Part shown: piece after piece, positions 38,368 through 47,820 of the stretch
Layout of the letters: each line of letters starts with the position of its first letter
Numbering within the stretch: position 1 is the stretch's first letter
Origin: Bacteroidales bacterium
GTDB lineage: Bacteria; Bacteroidota; Bacteroidia; Bacteroidales; UBA7960
Assembly: GCA_046483935.1 (NCBI GenBank)
Contig: JAWOCF010000228.1
Span: 1 to 52,937 of the forward strand
Direction: 5' to 3'
DNA: 52,937 bases
The notes under the pieces: model-generated
Seen by the model: only the letters and a program-made list of their open reading frames with translations
Database searches by the model: none
Told to the model about the DNA's origin: nothing
Made by a program: the position numbers and the translations under genes

Positions 38368-39371
38368 AAAACAGCCCATTCATCCGGAAGGTCCATTTCA
38401 AAAGCTGCATCATAAGAGATAAAAGCCGGTAAGCCTTTCACAGTGTTATGTGAAAGATCGGGGATCTTAAGGGCTGCCTCTTCAGGGGCCTGTTGCCGGA
38501 GTCTTTCCAGCAGCTTGCTGAATGCCTGCATGGTATCAGTCTGGTTTTCCGGGGAGACATCAGCCTCAGCAGATAATTTACCCGGCAGCAAATATCCGGT
38601 TCCCTGCTGATTGAATGACACGGCACAGAGATCCATGGAGGCTGCCCAGTGAATGATGCCCAGCAGGTTATGAACCGAAAGCACCTGGTTGTCCAGGAAG
38701 TAGAACAGGCCGCTTAGCCCCTTTCCATACATCCGGTAATGAGAAAAGTCAATAAGAAAAAGCAGTATGGGAACCCGGTTCAGCTTCAGGGGGCCTGCGC
38801 CGGCCATTTGTTTTATCATCTGCAGCAGCACCTCCTGGCGGGGAACCACAAAACCATTGTGCACCCCCACAGGCAGCCCCGACAAGAGATTTTGCCCCAC
38901 CTGGTATTCCATTCCTACCCGTTGGCCTTTCAGCTCCAGAATGCGGGCCATCAGCTTTTTGCGTTCCCGCTCTTTAAGCACCCCGTTGGCCTGCATCAGG
39001 GTGATCATATTGTCAGGAATCTTACACAACTGTATCAGCCTGGCGTTTGAGATACTGGGCACCTCACCAATTTCGTAGTGCCGGTAAACATTTACCCCAA
39101 AACCCAGCACTTCAGCCATCTTTACAGCCGACAACCCATAGCTTTTACGGATCATTGCTATTTCGTCGCTATAAGGAATATTGTGCTGTTCCCGGTACTT
39201 GTTATGCAACTGCACCTGGTTGATGTTTTCCAGGTCTTCAGTAGAAAACTGGCCACCGCTTTGCTGGCAGAAATAAAAGTGCTGGTAGATGCTGAAAGTT
39301 TCTTTCCGGTATTCAACAGGCACTTTCTGACGAACCAGTGGCATGACCTTGCCAGTGAGGGGGCTTTTCAT
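38364..39371 (-). CDS. MqsA-like antitoxin: zinc-ribbon-like N-terminus, XRE HTH, divergent DUF4065/SocA (Panacea)-like C-terminus
   Basis: MKSPLTGK..., YRKE....HFYFC, IRKSYGLSAVKMAEVLGFGVNVYRHYEIGEVPS, LLFLIDFSHYRMYGKGLSGLFY. Confidence 0.75.
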   Translation of the reverse strand: MKSPLTGKVMPLVRQKVPVEYRKETFSIYQHFYFCQQSGGQFSTEDLENINQVQLHNKYREQHNIPYSDEIAMIRKSYGLSAVKMAEVLGFGVNVYRHYEIGEVPSISNARLIQLCKIPDNMITLMQANGVLKERERKKLMARILELKGQRVGMEYQVGQNLLSGLPVGVHNGFVVPRQEVLLQMIKQMAGAGPLKLNRVPILLFLIDFSHYRMYGKGLSGLFYFLDNQVLSVHNLLGIIHWAASMDLCAVSFNQQGTGYLLPGKLSAEADVSPENQTDTMQAFSKLLERLRQQAPEEAALKIPDLSHNTVKGLPAFISYDAAFEMDLPDEWAVF

Positions 39372-39517
39372 AATCTCAGGCAATTATAGTTACAAATCAT
39401 GATAAGTTTAATAAATTTGCCTTCAGGGCACACCTGTGGAAGCAAACTGATTAAATAGTTCGATAAAAATACTATTTATCTGCTAATCCTAAACTTTAAA
39501 GTTAAAAAAGAAGATTC

Positions 39518-40477
39518 ATGACCAATGCCTCAGTCCGCGAAAAGTTTTTTTACCTGGAAAGCTCCAATCAATTCAAGTTTTCCGCCAAAAGTTACTACCC
39601 TGAACAGGACAATCCGCGGGCCATCATACAAATCGTTCATGGTATGACTGAGCACATGGGCCGTTATCATGATTTTGCACGTTATATGGCCAGCCAGGGG
39701 ATTGCAGTATACCTGCACGACCATCCGGGTCATGGCCAGGATGCCCTGCGCGAGAACCGCCTGGGGGTAATTCCCTGGAAACGGGGCTGGCAGGTGATGC
39801 TGGAAAATACCCGTGCCTTATACACCCACATCCGCAAAACCAGACCCGAGATCCCGCTGTTTCTTCTGGGCCACAGCATGGGATCGGTGCTGGCAAGGCA
39901 CTTCATGGCTGTGTACCCTGTTTACCTCAAAGGACTGATCCTCTCAGGGCCTGCCGACCTGCCTTCCTGGCAGTTAAATATCCTGCGCACCATTACCCGG
40001 TTGCAAGGCATTTTTGCAGCCCCTCACCGCAAAAGCAAATGGTTCAACCGCCTGTTCTATCATAACTTTAACCGTCATTTCAAGGAACGGCCCACCCGCT
40101 TCGAGTGGATCACCTCGCAAAGAGAGGAAGCTGATGCTTACAACAACGACCCCCTGTGTGGCTTCGACTGCAGCGTTTCATTTTACAACAACATCTTTAA
40201 AGGGATGGCTGCCATGAAAAAGACCCAGCACAACCTCAAGTACCGAAAGACCTTACCGCTGCTGATTATCAGCGGACAACAGGATCCTGTGGGAAACTGG
40301 GGAAAAGAAGCCATCAAAATTCACCAGGATTTTTACAAGCAGAACTTCCACTATCTGACAGTGAAGATTTTCAACGGACGCCATGAGCTGCTGCATGAAT
40401 CCATCAAGCAGCAGGTGTATGAATACCTGGCCAACTGGATGGATGAATGCCTGACCAAAAAGAAAATCGTGCAATAG
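39518..40477 (+). CDS. Alpha/beta hydrolase (lysophospholipase / monoacylglycerol lipase-like)
   Basis: HGMTEH..RY, DHPGHG, GHSMG nucleophile motif, DPVG, RHELL. Confidence 0.9.
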   Translation: MTNASVREKFFYLESSNQFKFSAKSYYPEQDNPRAIIQIVHGMTEHMGRYHDFARYMASQGIAVYLHDHPGHGQDALRENRLGVIPWKRGWQVMLENTRALYTHIRKTRPEIPLFLLGHSMGSVLARHFMAVYPVYLKGLILSGPADLPSWQLNILRTITRLQGIFAAPHRKSKWFNRLFYHNFNRHFKERPTRFEWITSQREEADAYNNDPLCGFDCSVSFYNNIFKGMAAMKKTQHNLKYRKTLPLLIISGQQDPVGNWGKEAIKIHQDFYKQNFHYLTVKIFNGRHELLHESIKQQVYEYLANWMDECLTKKKIVQ

Positions 40478-40610
40478 CTTCCCAGGGGATGATGCTTTCT
40501 GCTGCAACAGGCAGCAAAAAGATGTCACCTGTATTCCTCAAAAAATTATCTTTGCCCCCCGAAAGGCCTTCCGGCCTGAATCAATCTTTACTTTTAACTA
40601 ACTGTAACAC

Positions 40611-42665
40611 ATGGAAAAACAATCACAAGCAGCATGCTGCGGGGTGAATTTCCGCCGCTGGAGCCGTAAGTCATACGCAGCCTTCAGCAGCATCGGAAAG
40701 ACCATCCGCATCGGAGTGCTGGGTCTGTGTTGTTCACTCCTTGCCTTACCCGGTCATACAAAAGAAAGCCGCGACACGCTGTTCATACCTGCCACTCCTG
40801 AGGTGCAAGACCTGGAAGAGGTGGTGGTGAGTGCTCAACTCACCCCGGTGGTACAATCCGAACTGATGCGTATCGTACAGGTTATCACCCGCGCAGAGAT
40901 AGAGCAAGCCCCGGCCGGCGACCTGGCCAGCCTGCTGCAGAGCGTGCGCGGAGCCGATATCCGCAAGAGAGGCGCTTTTGGTATGCAGGCCGACGTAGGG
41001 ATCAGGGGTGGCAGCTTCGATCAGACCATGATCCTCCTCAACGGGATCAACATCACCGATCCCCAGACCGGACACCACAACCTGAATGTGCCGGTCGATC
41101 TTCAAAGCATCGAACGCATCGAGGTCCTGCAGGGAGCAGGCGCCCGCATGTTCGGGCCCAATGCCTTCAGCGGGGCCATCAACGTCATTACCCGCACCCC
41201 TGGATCACAGCCCGGTGAGGTGACTGCTGAAGCAGGCCAGCACGGCCTGATGGGCGGCAGCCTCACCACAGGATTGACAGCCGGCAGAACCAGTCACTTC
41301 CTCTCCATTCATGGAATGAAGTCGGAAGGTTTTACCCGCAACACCGACTTTGGTGCAGGCAACCTCTACTACCGCGGGGCCTACGATGGCGCCGGTTTCA
41401 CAGTGAACCTGCAGGGTGCTTTCAGCCAGAAGGCTTTCGGGGCCAACAGCTTCTACACCCCCCGTTTCCCTGATCAGTTTGAGGAGATACAAACCGGATT
41501 GTTCTCCCTGAGCCTGGTGCCCAAAGGAAAGCTCAAGATCCATTCATCGGTATACTGGCGGCGGCATCACGACCGCTTCGAATTGTTCCGCGACGAGGCG
41601 CCCGCATGGTACAATGATCACAACTACCACCTGAGCGATGTGGCAGGTGCCAACATCCAATGGAGCCATCCCTGGAAGCTGGGAAAAAGCTCGCTGGCCA
41701 TGAACTATCGCTACGAGCACATCTACAGCACGGTGCTGGGCCATGAGATGAATGAACCCCGGAAAGCCGGCTCATACCAGGATGTGTATTACACCCGCTC
41801 CTATCAGCGCCAGGGATTGAGCATCATGGCCGAACACAGTGTATATATAGGTACAGTCAGCCTGTCGGCAGGCACCCTGGCCTGGCTGAGCCCTGAGCTG
41901 GGCAAAGGCTTCAGCCTGTTTCCGGGAGTAGATGCTGCCTGGCAGTTCCACCCCGATGTTCGGTTGTTTGCTTCGGCAAGCCGCACCTTGCGTCTGCCCA
42001 CCTTTACCGACCTGTTCTACAACGGGCCCACCAATGCGGGCAATCCGGACCTTGTGCCCGAGAAGGCCCTGTCGGCCGAGGCGGGCCTGAAAGCCAGCCA
42101 TGGCACCCTACACTGGGAGGTGGCCCTGTTCAGAAGATGGGGCAAGGATATGATCGACTGGATCAGGAGCCCCGGCCAGGAGCAATGGCAAAGCATGAAC
42201 CTGACCAAGGTCAACTTCACCGGCCTGGAAGCAGGCATCAGCATGCCCCTTGCGAACATCTATGAGGTACAGGGAAAGCCGGCAATGGTTTCTGTTCATT
42301 ATAGCCATATGTTTGCCAATAAATCAAGCGGTGATTTCCAGTCGCATTACGTCATGGACTTCCTGAACCACAAGGCCGACCTGCGCCTGGAAGTGCCCAT
42401 CACCCCCCGGAGCGGCACCACCTGGAATGTATCGTATATCGACCGCCAGGGCCAGTACATGCTGTATGAAGATGGCGGCTTTTCGCACCTGGTGAGCTTC
42501 AGGCCCTGGTGGTCGGTCGATGCCAGGGTGTTCTACCGGTTCAGAGCCATCGAACTCTTTGCTGAGGCAAACAACCTGCTGGATCAGCAAACCGTCAGCT
42601 TAGCCAATGTGCCCCAGCCAGGAAGGTGGGTCAAGGCTGGAGCTGCTTTTACTTTCGGAAAATGA
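40611..42665 (+). CDS. TonB-dependent outer-membrane receptor (BtuB-like plug and barrel)
   Basis: LEEVVVSA, IRGGSFDQT, IERIEVLQG...FGPNAFSGAINVIT, GNPDLVPE, NNLLD, C-terminal aromatic strand. Confidence 0.92.
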   Translation: MEKQSQAACCGVNFRRWSRKSYAAFSSIGKTIRIGVLGLCCSLLALPGHTKESRDTLFIPATPEVQDLEEVVVSAQLTPVVQSELMRIVQVITRAEIEQAPAGDLASLLQSVRGADIRKRGAFGMQADVGIRGGSFDQTMILLNGINITDPQTGHHNLNVPVDLQSIERIEVLQGAGARMFGPNAFSGAINVITRTPGSQPGEVTAEAGQHGLMGGSLTTGLTAGRTSHFLSIHGMKSEGFTRNTDFGAGNLYYRGAYDGAGFTVNLQGAFSQKAFGANSFYTPRFPDQFEEIQTGLFSLSLVPKGKLKIHSSVYWRRHHDRFELFRDEAPAWYNDHNYHLSDVAGANIQWSHPWKLGKSSLAMNYRYEHIYSTVLGHEMNEPRKAGSYQDVYYTRSYQRQGLSIMAEHSVYIGTVSLSAGTLAWLSPELGKGFSLFPGVDAAWQFHPDVRLFASASRTLRLPTFTDLFYNGPTNAGNPDLVPEKALSAEAGLKASHGTLHWEVALFRRWGKDMIDWIRSPGQEQWQSMNLTKVNFTGLEAGISMPLANIYEVQGKPAMVSVHYSHMFANKSSGDFQSHYVMDFLNHKADLRLEVPITPRSGTTWNVSYIDRQGQYMLYEDGGFSHLVSFRPWWSVDARVFYRFRAIELFAEANNLLDQQTVSLANVPQPGRWVKAGAAFTFGK

Positions 42666-42677
42666 TGAGGGTTGAGA

Positions 42678-42867
42678 GGTTGAGGGGTTGAGAAGAAGAT
42701 GAGGGGGAGACTGGGAGACTTGGAGACTTGGAGACTAGGAGACTAGGAGAGGCCAACAGCCAATAGCCAACAGCCTGATGGAGGAGCACGAGATCGCCAC
42801 ACGTATTTTAAGGGCCTGTTTCAGCATGTATTTTCAAATAGCATCATCCCTCAGACTCCTGCCGATC
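42678..42867 (+). repeat. About 190-bp composite repeat, copy 1 (42-bp purine-rich head, GGAGACTN 8-mers, AGCCAAN 7-mers, conserved tail)
   Basis: First 42 bp are identical to 43689-43730; tail CGCCACACG.ATTTTAAGGGCCT.TTTCAGCA...CATCCCTCAG...CCTGCCGATC is shared with copy 2. Confidence 0.9.
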
Positions 42868-42905
42868 AAAGAAATTGATGTACTTCAGGATCATCCAGAA
42901 TCAAA

Positions 42906-43289
42906 CTAAATCTTATGAGGGTTCAGGTATTTCAGCCCATCGACAGAATGAAAATCTCTATCATTACTGGAAATCAGGGTATACCCAAAAGCAAGGGCAG
43001 TCGCAGCAATGATGGCATCAGGAATTTTCACCTTCCTGTGCCGGCGGATGTCAACACAAAATGAAATTACTTCAGGAGTAATATCTATTATCACACTATC
43101 GGCAATAAACTCTCTGATCCCCCTTTCCTTTTGAGGCTGGGTTTTCCAGCACAGAAGCTCAATCTGAGAAATTACCGAAAGGTTAGGCACATCATCAATT
43201 ACGGAATCCATAAACTGCAATCCCCTCTCGGGAAGGGAGGCGGAAAAATAATCAGACACCACATTGGAATCTATTAAATACCGTTCCAT
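42906..43289 (-). CDS. PIN-domain toxin (VapC family)
   Basis: YLIDSNVV, SVISQIELL, PDAIIAATAL, LISSNDRDF acidic PIN motifs. Confidence 0.92.
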   Translation of the reverse strand: MERYLIDSNVVSDYFSASLPERGLQFMDSVIDDVPNLSVISQIELLCWKTQPQKERGIREFIADSVIIDITPEVISFCVDIRRHRKVKIPDAIIAATALAFGYTLISSNDRDFHSVDGLKYLNPHKI

Positions 43290-43489
43290 TCGGTTCGCAT
43301 TTGATGGATATGGTCATTCAGCTGTTGTCCTTCCTCTTTGCTGATAAAGCCCTTATACTTTTCAGACAACCTGGGGTGAACAGGACCAGTGGTTTCTTTC
43401 AGGACCTTGATAAGGTGCAGTTTTTCCAATTCGCGGATCAACCTGCCTGCCTTCTGATTGGTCAATTGGATAAGCATGGTATTTTCCAT
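43274..43489 (-). CDS. Putative cognate antitoxin of the PIN toxin
   Basis: 71 aa, directly upstream of and overlapping the toxin; C-terminal KYKG.IS...QMRTEW as seen in Bacteroidota PIN partners. Confidence 0.75.
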   Translation of the reverse strand: MENTMLIQLTNQKAGRLIRELEKLHLIKVLKETTGPVHPRLSEKYKGFISKEEGQQLNDHIHQMRTEWNGI

Positions 43490-43504
43490 AATGTCTGATA
43501 TTTT

Positions 43505-43532
43505 CCCTGATTCAGGGGTTAATACAAAAATA
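43505..43532 (-). promoter_or_regulatory. TA operon -7 box (TATTTTTG) and nearby palindrome CCCTGA-T-TCAGGG (candidate operator)
   Basis: caaaaata at 43525-43532; palindrome at 43505-43517 between the box and the antitoxin ATG. Confidence 0.5.
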
Positions 43533-43688
43533 CGAAACTTTTACTGCATTTTTAACCTTGAATATCTTGTGTCTAAACCATTTGTTGAATATCTAAACTT
43601 GAAACAATGTGAAACTTAATAACTCTGCGTGGTATTGCTTCAGAGGAACCCTCATCCAAATTCTAATAACGCCGCAGGGATAGAGATT

Positions 43689-43884
43689 GGTTGAGGGGTT
43701 GAGAAGAAGATGAGGGGGAGACTGGGAGACCTGGAGACTTGGAGACCCGGAGACTGAGAGACTTGGAGAGGCCAAAAGCCAACAGCCAAAAGCCAATAGC
43801 CTGATTGAGGCCGCCACACGCATTTTAAGGGCCTTTTTCAGCACCCATTTTTAAGTGACCCCATCCCTCAGCACCCTGCCGATC
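43689..43884 (+). repeat. About 196-bp composite repeat, copy 2 (direct repeat of 42678-42867)
   Basis: Same head and tail; 6 versus 5 octamers and 4 versus 3 heptamers. Confidence 0.9.
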
Positions 43885-43988
43885 GGAGGAAAAAAGGTGC
43901 TCTGAAGGCCGGAAAAGGCTGAAAAAATACACACCTTTCAGTCCCTCACCAAAGGCAATAAACCGCCACTCCACTCCCCTTATCCAAA

Positions 43989-44059
43989 TCTCCCAGTCTC
44001 CAAGTCTCCAAGTCTCCCCCTCTCAGTCTCCCCCTCATCTTCTTCTCAACCCCTCAACC
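43989..44059 (-). repeat. Inverted partial copy of the repeat head plus octamers
   Basis: 44024-44059 is the exact reverse complement of GGTTGAGGGGTTGAGAAGAAGATGAGGGGGAGACTG (36 bp); AGTCTCC units at 43995-44017. Confidence 0.9.
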
Positions 44060-44061
44060 AT

Positions 44062-44094
44062 AAAAAAAAAAGGGCACGCCATCACGTGCCCTTT
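44062..44094 (-). terminator. Intrinsic terminator of purL
   Basis: AAAGGGCACG-ccatca-CGTGCCCTTT with an A10 tract (U tract on the minus strand). Confidence 0.85.
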
Positions 44095-44115
44095 ATTATT
44101 CTATTGAATGACGAT

Positions 44116-46356
44116 CTATTCGCCCATCATGCCGGGGATCACGCTTTCAAACAGCTGATCCAGCTCAGCAATGGTGCCAAAGCTTTCGCCATCGACCACG
44201 GCTTCCTGGCCGGTGACTTCACCCAGCAGGGAGAACTCCACATCGCTTTGTGCCATCAGCTCAGCAAACTCGCCTTCTTTGTCGGGGCTGACGGTCACCA
44301 CCACCCTGCTCTGGCTTTCGCCGAACAGGAAGGCATCCTTGCGGATCTGGTCGTCGGTATCGATTTGGAAGCCCAGCTTGCGGTGCCTGCCCGATTCAAA
44401 CAAGGTGGTAAACAAACCACCATCGGCCACATCATGTGCCGAGCGGATCAGCCCGTTGCCGATCAGCTCCTTGACGACCTGTTGCAGCTCATACTCTTCC
44501 TCCAGTTCAAACCATGGAGCGGGAGACAGCTTCACCTGGTGATAACTGTAGAGATATTCGGATGAGTTAATGTCGTTTCTCGACTGGCCCACCAGGTAGA
44601 TCAGGTCGCCCTGCTCGCGGAAGGCAATGCCGGTCTGCAGCTTCTTGTCCATCACCACGCCCATCATCCCGATTACAGGAGTGGGAAATACCGGATCGGT
44701 TTTTCCGGCAGAAGATGCTTGGTTGTAGAAGCTGACATTTCCGCCGGTTACCGGGGTCTTGAATTTCTCGCAGGCCAGGCTCATGCCTTTGATGGCACTG
44801 ACAAACTGCCAGTACACCTCAGGGTTGTAGGGATTGCCGAAGTTCAGGCAGTTGGTGATGGCCGAGGGCTCGCCCCCGCTGCACACGATGTTGCGGGCCG
44901 CTTCCGACACCGCAATGGCGCATCCTTTTTCAGGATCGGCCTGCACGTACCGGGCGTTGCAATCAACGGTCAATGCCAGGGCCTTCTGGGTGCCCTTGAT
45001 GTTTACGATACCGGCATCTGAAGGATCGTTGGTGCTCATGTTTTTGGTGCCCACCATGGTGTCGTACTGCTGGATAACCCATTTCTTGGAGGCCACATTG
45101 TGGCTGCCCAGAATAAAACGGGCCACTTCCTTCAGATCTTCAGGCTGCTGCACCTGGTCAATATGAAACTTGTCTTTCTCTTTAAAGTAAGCCGGCTCGC
45201 GGTACTCACGATCGTATACCGGGGCACCGCCACCCAGCACCAGAGAATCGGCAGGCACTTCAGCCACCAGCTCCCCGTGCATGTAATATTTCAGGATGTC
45301 GCCTTCAATCACTTCACCGATCTGAACACAGTTCAGGTCCCACTTGTCGAACACGTCCTGCACTTCCTTTTCACGACCTTTTTTCACCACCACCAGCATG
45401 CGTTCCTGCGATTCGCTCAACAGGATCTCGAAGGGCTTCATGTTATTCTGGCGCATGGGCACCTTGTCGAGGTGAATGATCATGCCGTGTTCGCCCTTGG
45501 CCGACATCTCGCTGGTGGAGCAGGTAATGCCTGCAGCACCCATATCCTGCATGCCGATCAGGGCACCGGTCTTGATGACCTCAAGAGAAGCTTCCAGCAG
45601 TAGTTTTTCCTGGAAGGGATCGCCCACCTGTACAGCAGGGATCTTGTCGGCCGAGGCTTCGGTGATGTCTTCTGAAGCGAAGGTAGCACCGTGGATGCCG
45701 TCTTTTCCGGTTGAGGAACCCACAATGAATACAGGGTTCCCCACTCCGTATGAGGTTGCCGAGATGGTATTCCCGGTCTTCACCAGGCCTACCGACATGG
45801 CATTTATCAAAGGGTTGGTATTATAACATTCATCAAAAGCTACCTCGCCCCCTACTACAGGAACACCGAAAGCATTGCCATAGTCGGCAATGCCTTTTAC
45901 CACCCCTTTGAGCAGCCATTTGGTGCGTTCGAGGTTGGGGTTGCCAAAGCGCAACGAGTTGAGCTGTGCGATGGGCCGGGCCCCCATGGTGAAAATATCG
46001 CGGTTAATGCCACCTACTCCCGTGGCAGCCCCCTGATAGGGCTCCAGGGCCGAAGGATGGTTGTGTGATTCAATCTTAAAGGCACAGGCCAATCCATCAC
46101 CCAGGTCAACCAGGCCTGCATTCTCATCGCCGGCTTCCACCAGCAGGTGTGGCCCCTTACGCGGCAGGGTCTTTAGCCACTTGATGGAATTTTTATAGGA
46201 ACAATGTTCAGACCACATCACCGAGTACACACTCAATTCGGTGAAGTTGGGCTCACGACCTAGAAAGTTCAGGATCTGATCATATTCTTCGGGCAGCAGG
46301 CCAAGTTTTTGGGCAGCCTCCAGCCCTGAAGGGGAATTCTGATTGGATGAATCCAT
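44116..46356 (-). CDS. purL: Phosphoribosylformylglycinamidine synthase subunit PurL (small type)
   Basis: [56 protein letters not shown]. Confidence 0.97.
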   Translation of the reverse strand: MDSSNQNSPSGLEAAQKLGLLPEEYDQILNFLGREPNFTELSVYSVMWSEHCSYKNSIKWLKTLPRKGPHLLVEAGDENAGLVDLGDGLACAFKIESHNHPSALEPYQGAATGVGGINRDIFTMGARPIAQLNSLRFGNPNLERTKWLLKGVVKGIADYGNAFGVPVVGGEVAFDECYNTNPLINAMSVGLVKTGNTISATSYGVGNPVFIVGSSTGKDGIHGATFASEDITEASADKIPAVQVGDPFQEKLLLEASLEVIKTGALIGMQDMGAAGITCSTSEMSAKGEHGMIIHLDKVPMRQNNMKPFEILLSESQERMLVVVKKGREKEVQDVFDKWDLNCVQIGEVIEGDILKYYMHGELVAEVPADSLVLGGGAPVYDREYREPAYFKEKDKFHIDQVQQPEDLKEVARFILGSHNVASKKWVIQQYDTMVGTKNMSTNDPSDAGIVNIKGTQKALALTVDCNARYVQADPEKGCAIAVSEAARNIVCSGGEPSAITNCLNFGNPYNPEVYWQFVSAIKGMSLACEKFKTPVTGGNVSFYNQASSAGKTDPVFPTPVIGMMGVVMDKKLQTGIAFREQGDLIYLVGQSRNDINSSEYLYSYHQVKLSPAPWFELEEEYELQQVVKELIGNGLIRSAHDVADGGLFTTLFESGRHRKLGFQIDTDDQIRKDAFLFGESQSRVVVTVSPDKEGEFAELMAQSDVEFSLLGEVTGQEAVVDGESFGTIAELDQLFESVIPGMMGE

Positions 46357-46461
46357 AAAGATGTATCGTCAGGATGAATGAAATAGTTTTTTGCAAAAAT
46401 AAGCAACAATGCCCACCCACGAAACATTTCTTTGGCAATTATAATTTATCTTTGAAAAATA

Positions 46462-47820
46462 ATGATTGAAATACTCCTCACCCTATTGTGGACAGTGCTA
46501 TTAGCTGTTGGCTTGCGGTACCTGCCTTTTTTCAAAAATATCAGGGGATTGCCCTACAAGCTGCTGGTCATCCTTTTTCTGATCAAGGTGTTGACCGGAC
46601 AGGCCTATGCACTGATCTACACTCATTATTACGACCCCCAGACAGCCGACATTCACCGCTTTTTCAGGGATGGGAAGGTGCTGTTCTCGGCCCTGAAAGA
46701 CAACCCTTTGGATTATCTCAGGATGCTGACCGGCATCGGGGCCGGCGCCGAACACCTGCAACCATACTACACCACCATGAACGACTGGTTCAGGCCCTGG
46801 CTCTCGCCGGTGTATAACGACAACCGCATCATGATCCGCTTCAATGCCTTCATGCAGCTGTTCTCTATGGGAATCCTGCAGGTGCATGTGGTGATGGCCA
46901 ACTTTATTTCACTGGCAGGTTTCGTGGCTCTTTACAAGTTTGCCATCCGCTACCTGGATCCCCTCAAAGACAAGTGGCTGATACCAGGGTTATTCCTGAT
47001 GCCTTCGGTGTTGTTCTGGAGTTCGGGCGTTATCAAGGAAACGCTGCTTTTTCCGGCCATGGGTTTCTTTCTGTTGGCTACCGACCGGATTATAGATAAA
47101 GAGAACAGACAACCTGCTTTATGGCTGATAATGTTTGCCATGCTGGGCCTGCTGCTGCTGCTGAAAGCATATACCCTGTTTCTGCTGTTGCCCTGCTACC
47201 TGGCCTTCCGGCTGGCCTTGAAGCAGCCGCCAAGGCTGCGTTGGATGGCCTTTCCGGCCGTGATCCTCGTGTACGTGCTGCTGATTCTGGTGGCCGGACA
47301 GGTATTCCCGCAATACAACCTGATCGGCATGATGGCCGCCAAGCAAACGGAGTTTATGCTATTCTCCCTTTCGGTAAATGTGGGCAGCCTGATTCACGAG
47401 GTATACCTGCAGCCCACCTTCACCAGTATTGTTTCTTATTTGCCCCGGGGGCTGGCCAACACCCTGTTTTACCCCCACCTGCTGGATGCTGATTCGCCCG
47501 TGACAATGATGGCAGCAGCCGAGAATATTCTGATCTTTATTGTTCTGGCAGCCACCCTGTGGCATACATTCAGAAACAAAAACATCCATCCACTGGTGTG
47601 GATGGGACTCTGGCTAACATTGATTACCTTTACCTTTGTAGGGACCATCACCCAGGTATCGGGGGGCCTGGTACGTTACAAAATCCCTGCCCTCCCGTTT
47701 TTGTGGATGGCCTTCGTGAGCGTGATGCCGGCCGGGCTGGTGGAACAAAAGCTCACCAAGTGGTTCCCCTCAATGGCAGGAAGATTTCGCATTTTTCACC
47801 ATAAAATATTCGGAACATGA
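46462..47820 (+). CDS. Multi-pass membrane protein, possibly GT-C/Wzy-like glycan polymerase or transferase
   Basis: Roughly 10-11 hydrophobic segments; FWSSGVIKE and GGLVRYKIP motifs; function inferred only. Confidence 0.55.
   Translation: MIEILLTLLWTVLLAVGLRYLPFFKNIRGLPYKLLVILFLIKVLTGQAYALIYTHYYDPQTADIHRFFRDGKVLFSALKDNPLDYLRMLTGIGAGAEHLQPYYTTMNDWFRPWLSPVYNDNRIMIRFNAFMQLFSMGILQVHVVMANFISLAGFVALYKFAIRYLDPLKDKWLIPGLFLMPSVLFWSSGVIKETLLFPAMGFFLLATDRIIDKENRQPALWLIMFAMLGLLLLLKAYTLFLLLPCYLAFRLALKQPPRLRWMAFPAVILVYVLLILVAGQVFPQYNLIGMMAAKQTEFMLFSLSVNVGSLIHEVYLQPTFTSIVSYLPRGLANTLFYPHLLDADSPVTMMAAAENILIFIVLAATLWHTFRNKNIHPLVWMGLWLTLITFTFVGTITQVSGGLVRYKIPALPFLWMAFVSVMPAGLVEQKLTKWFPSMAGRFRIFHHKIFGT

Noticed and set aside
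40478-40610. Cobalamin or other riboswitch upstream of the BtuB-like receptor
   Set aside because: The leader is too short and has no B12-box; only a 5-bp AGGCC/GGCCT hairpin
43593-43844. 83-aa minus-strand ORF (LLAFGCWLLASPSLSVSGSPSLQVSQSP)
   Set aside because: It is a translation of the 7-mer and 8-mer repeats with no protein-like features
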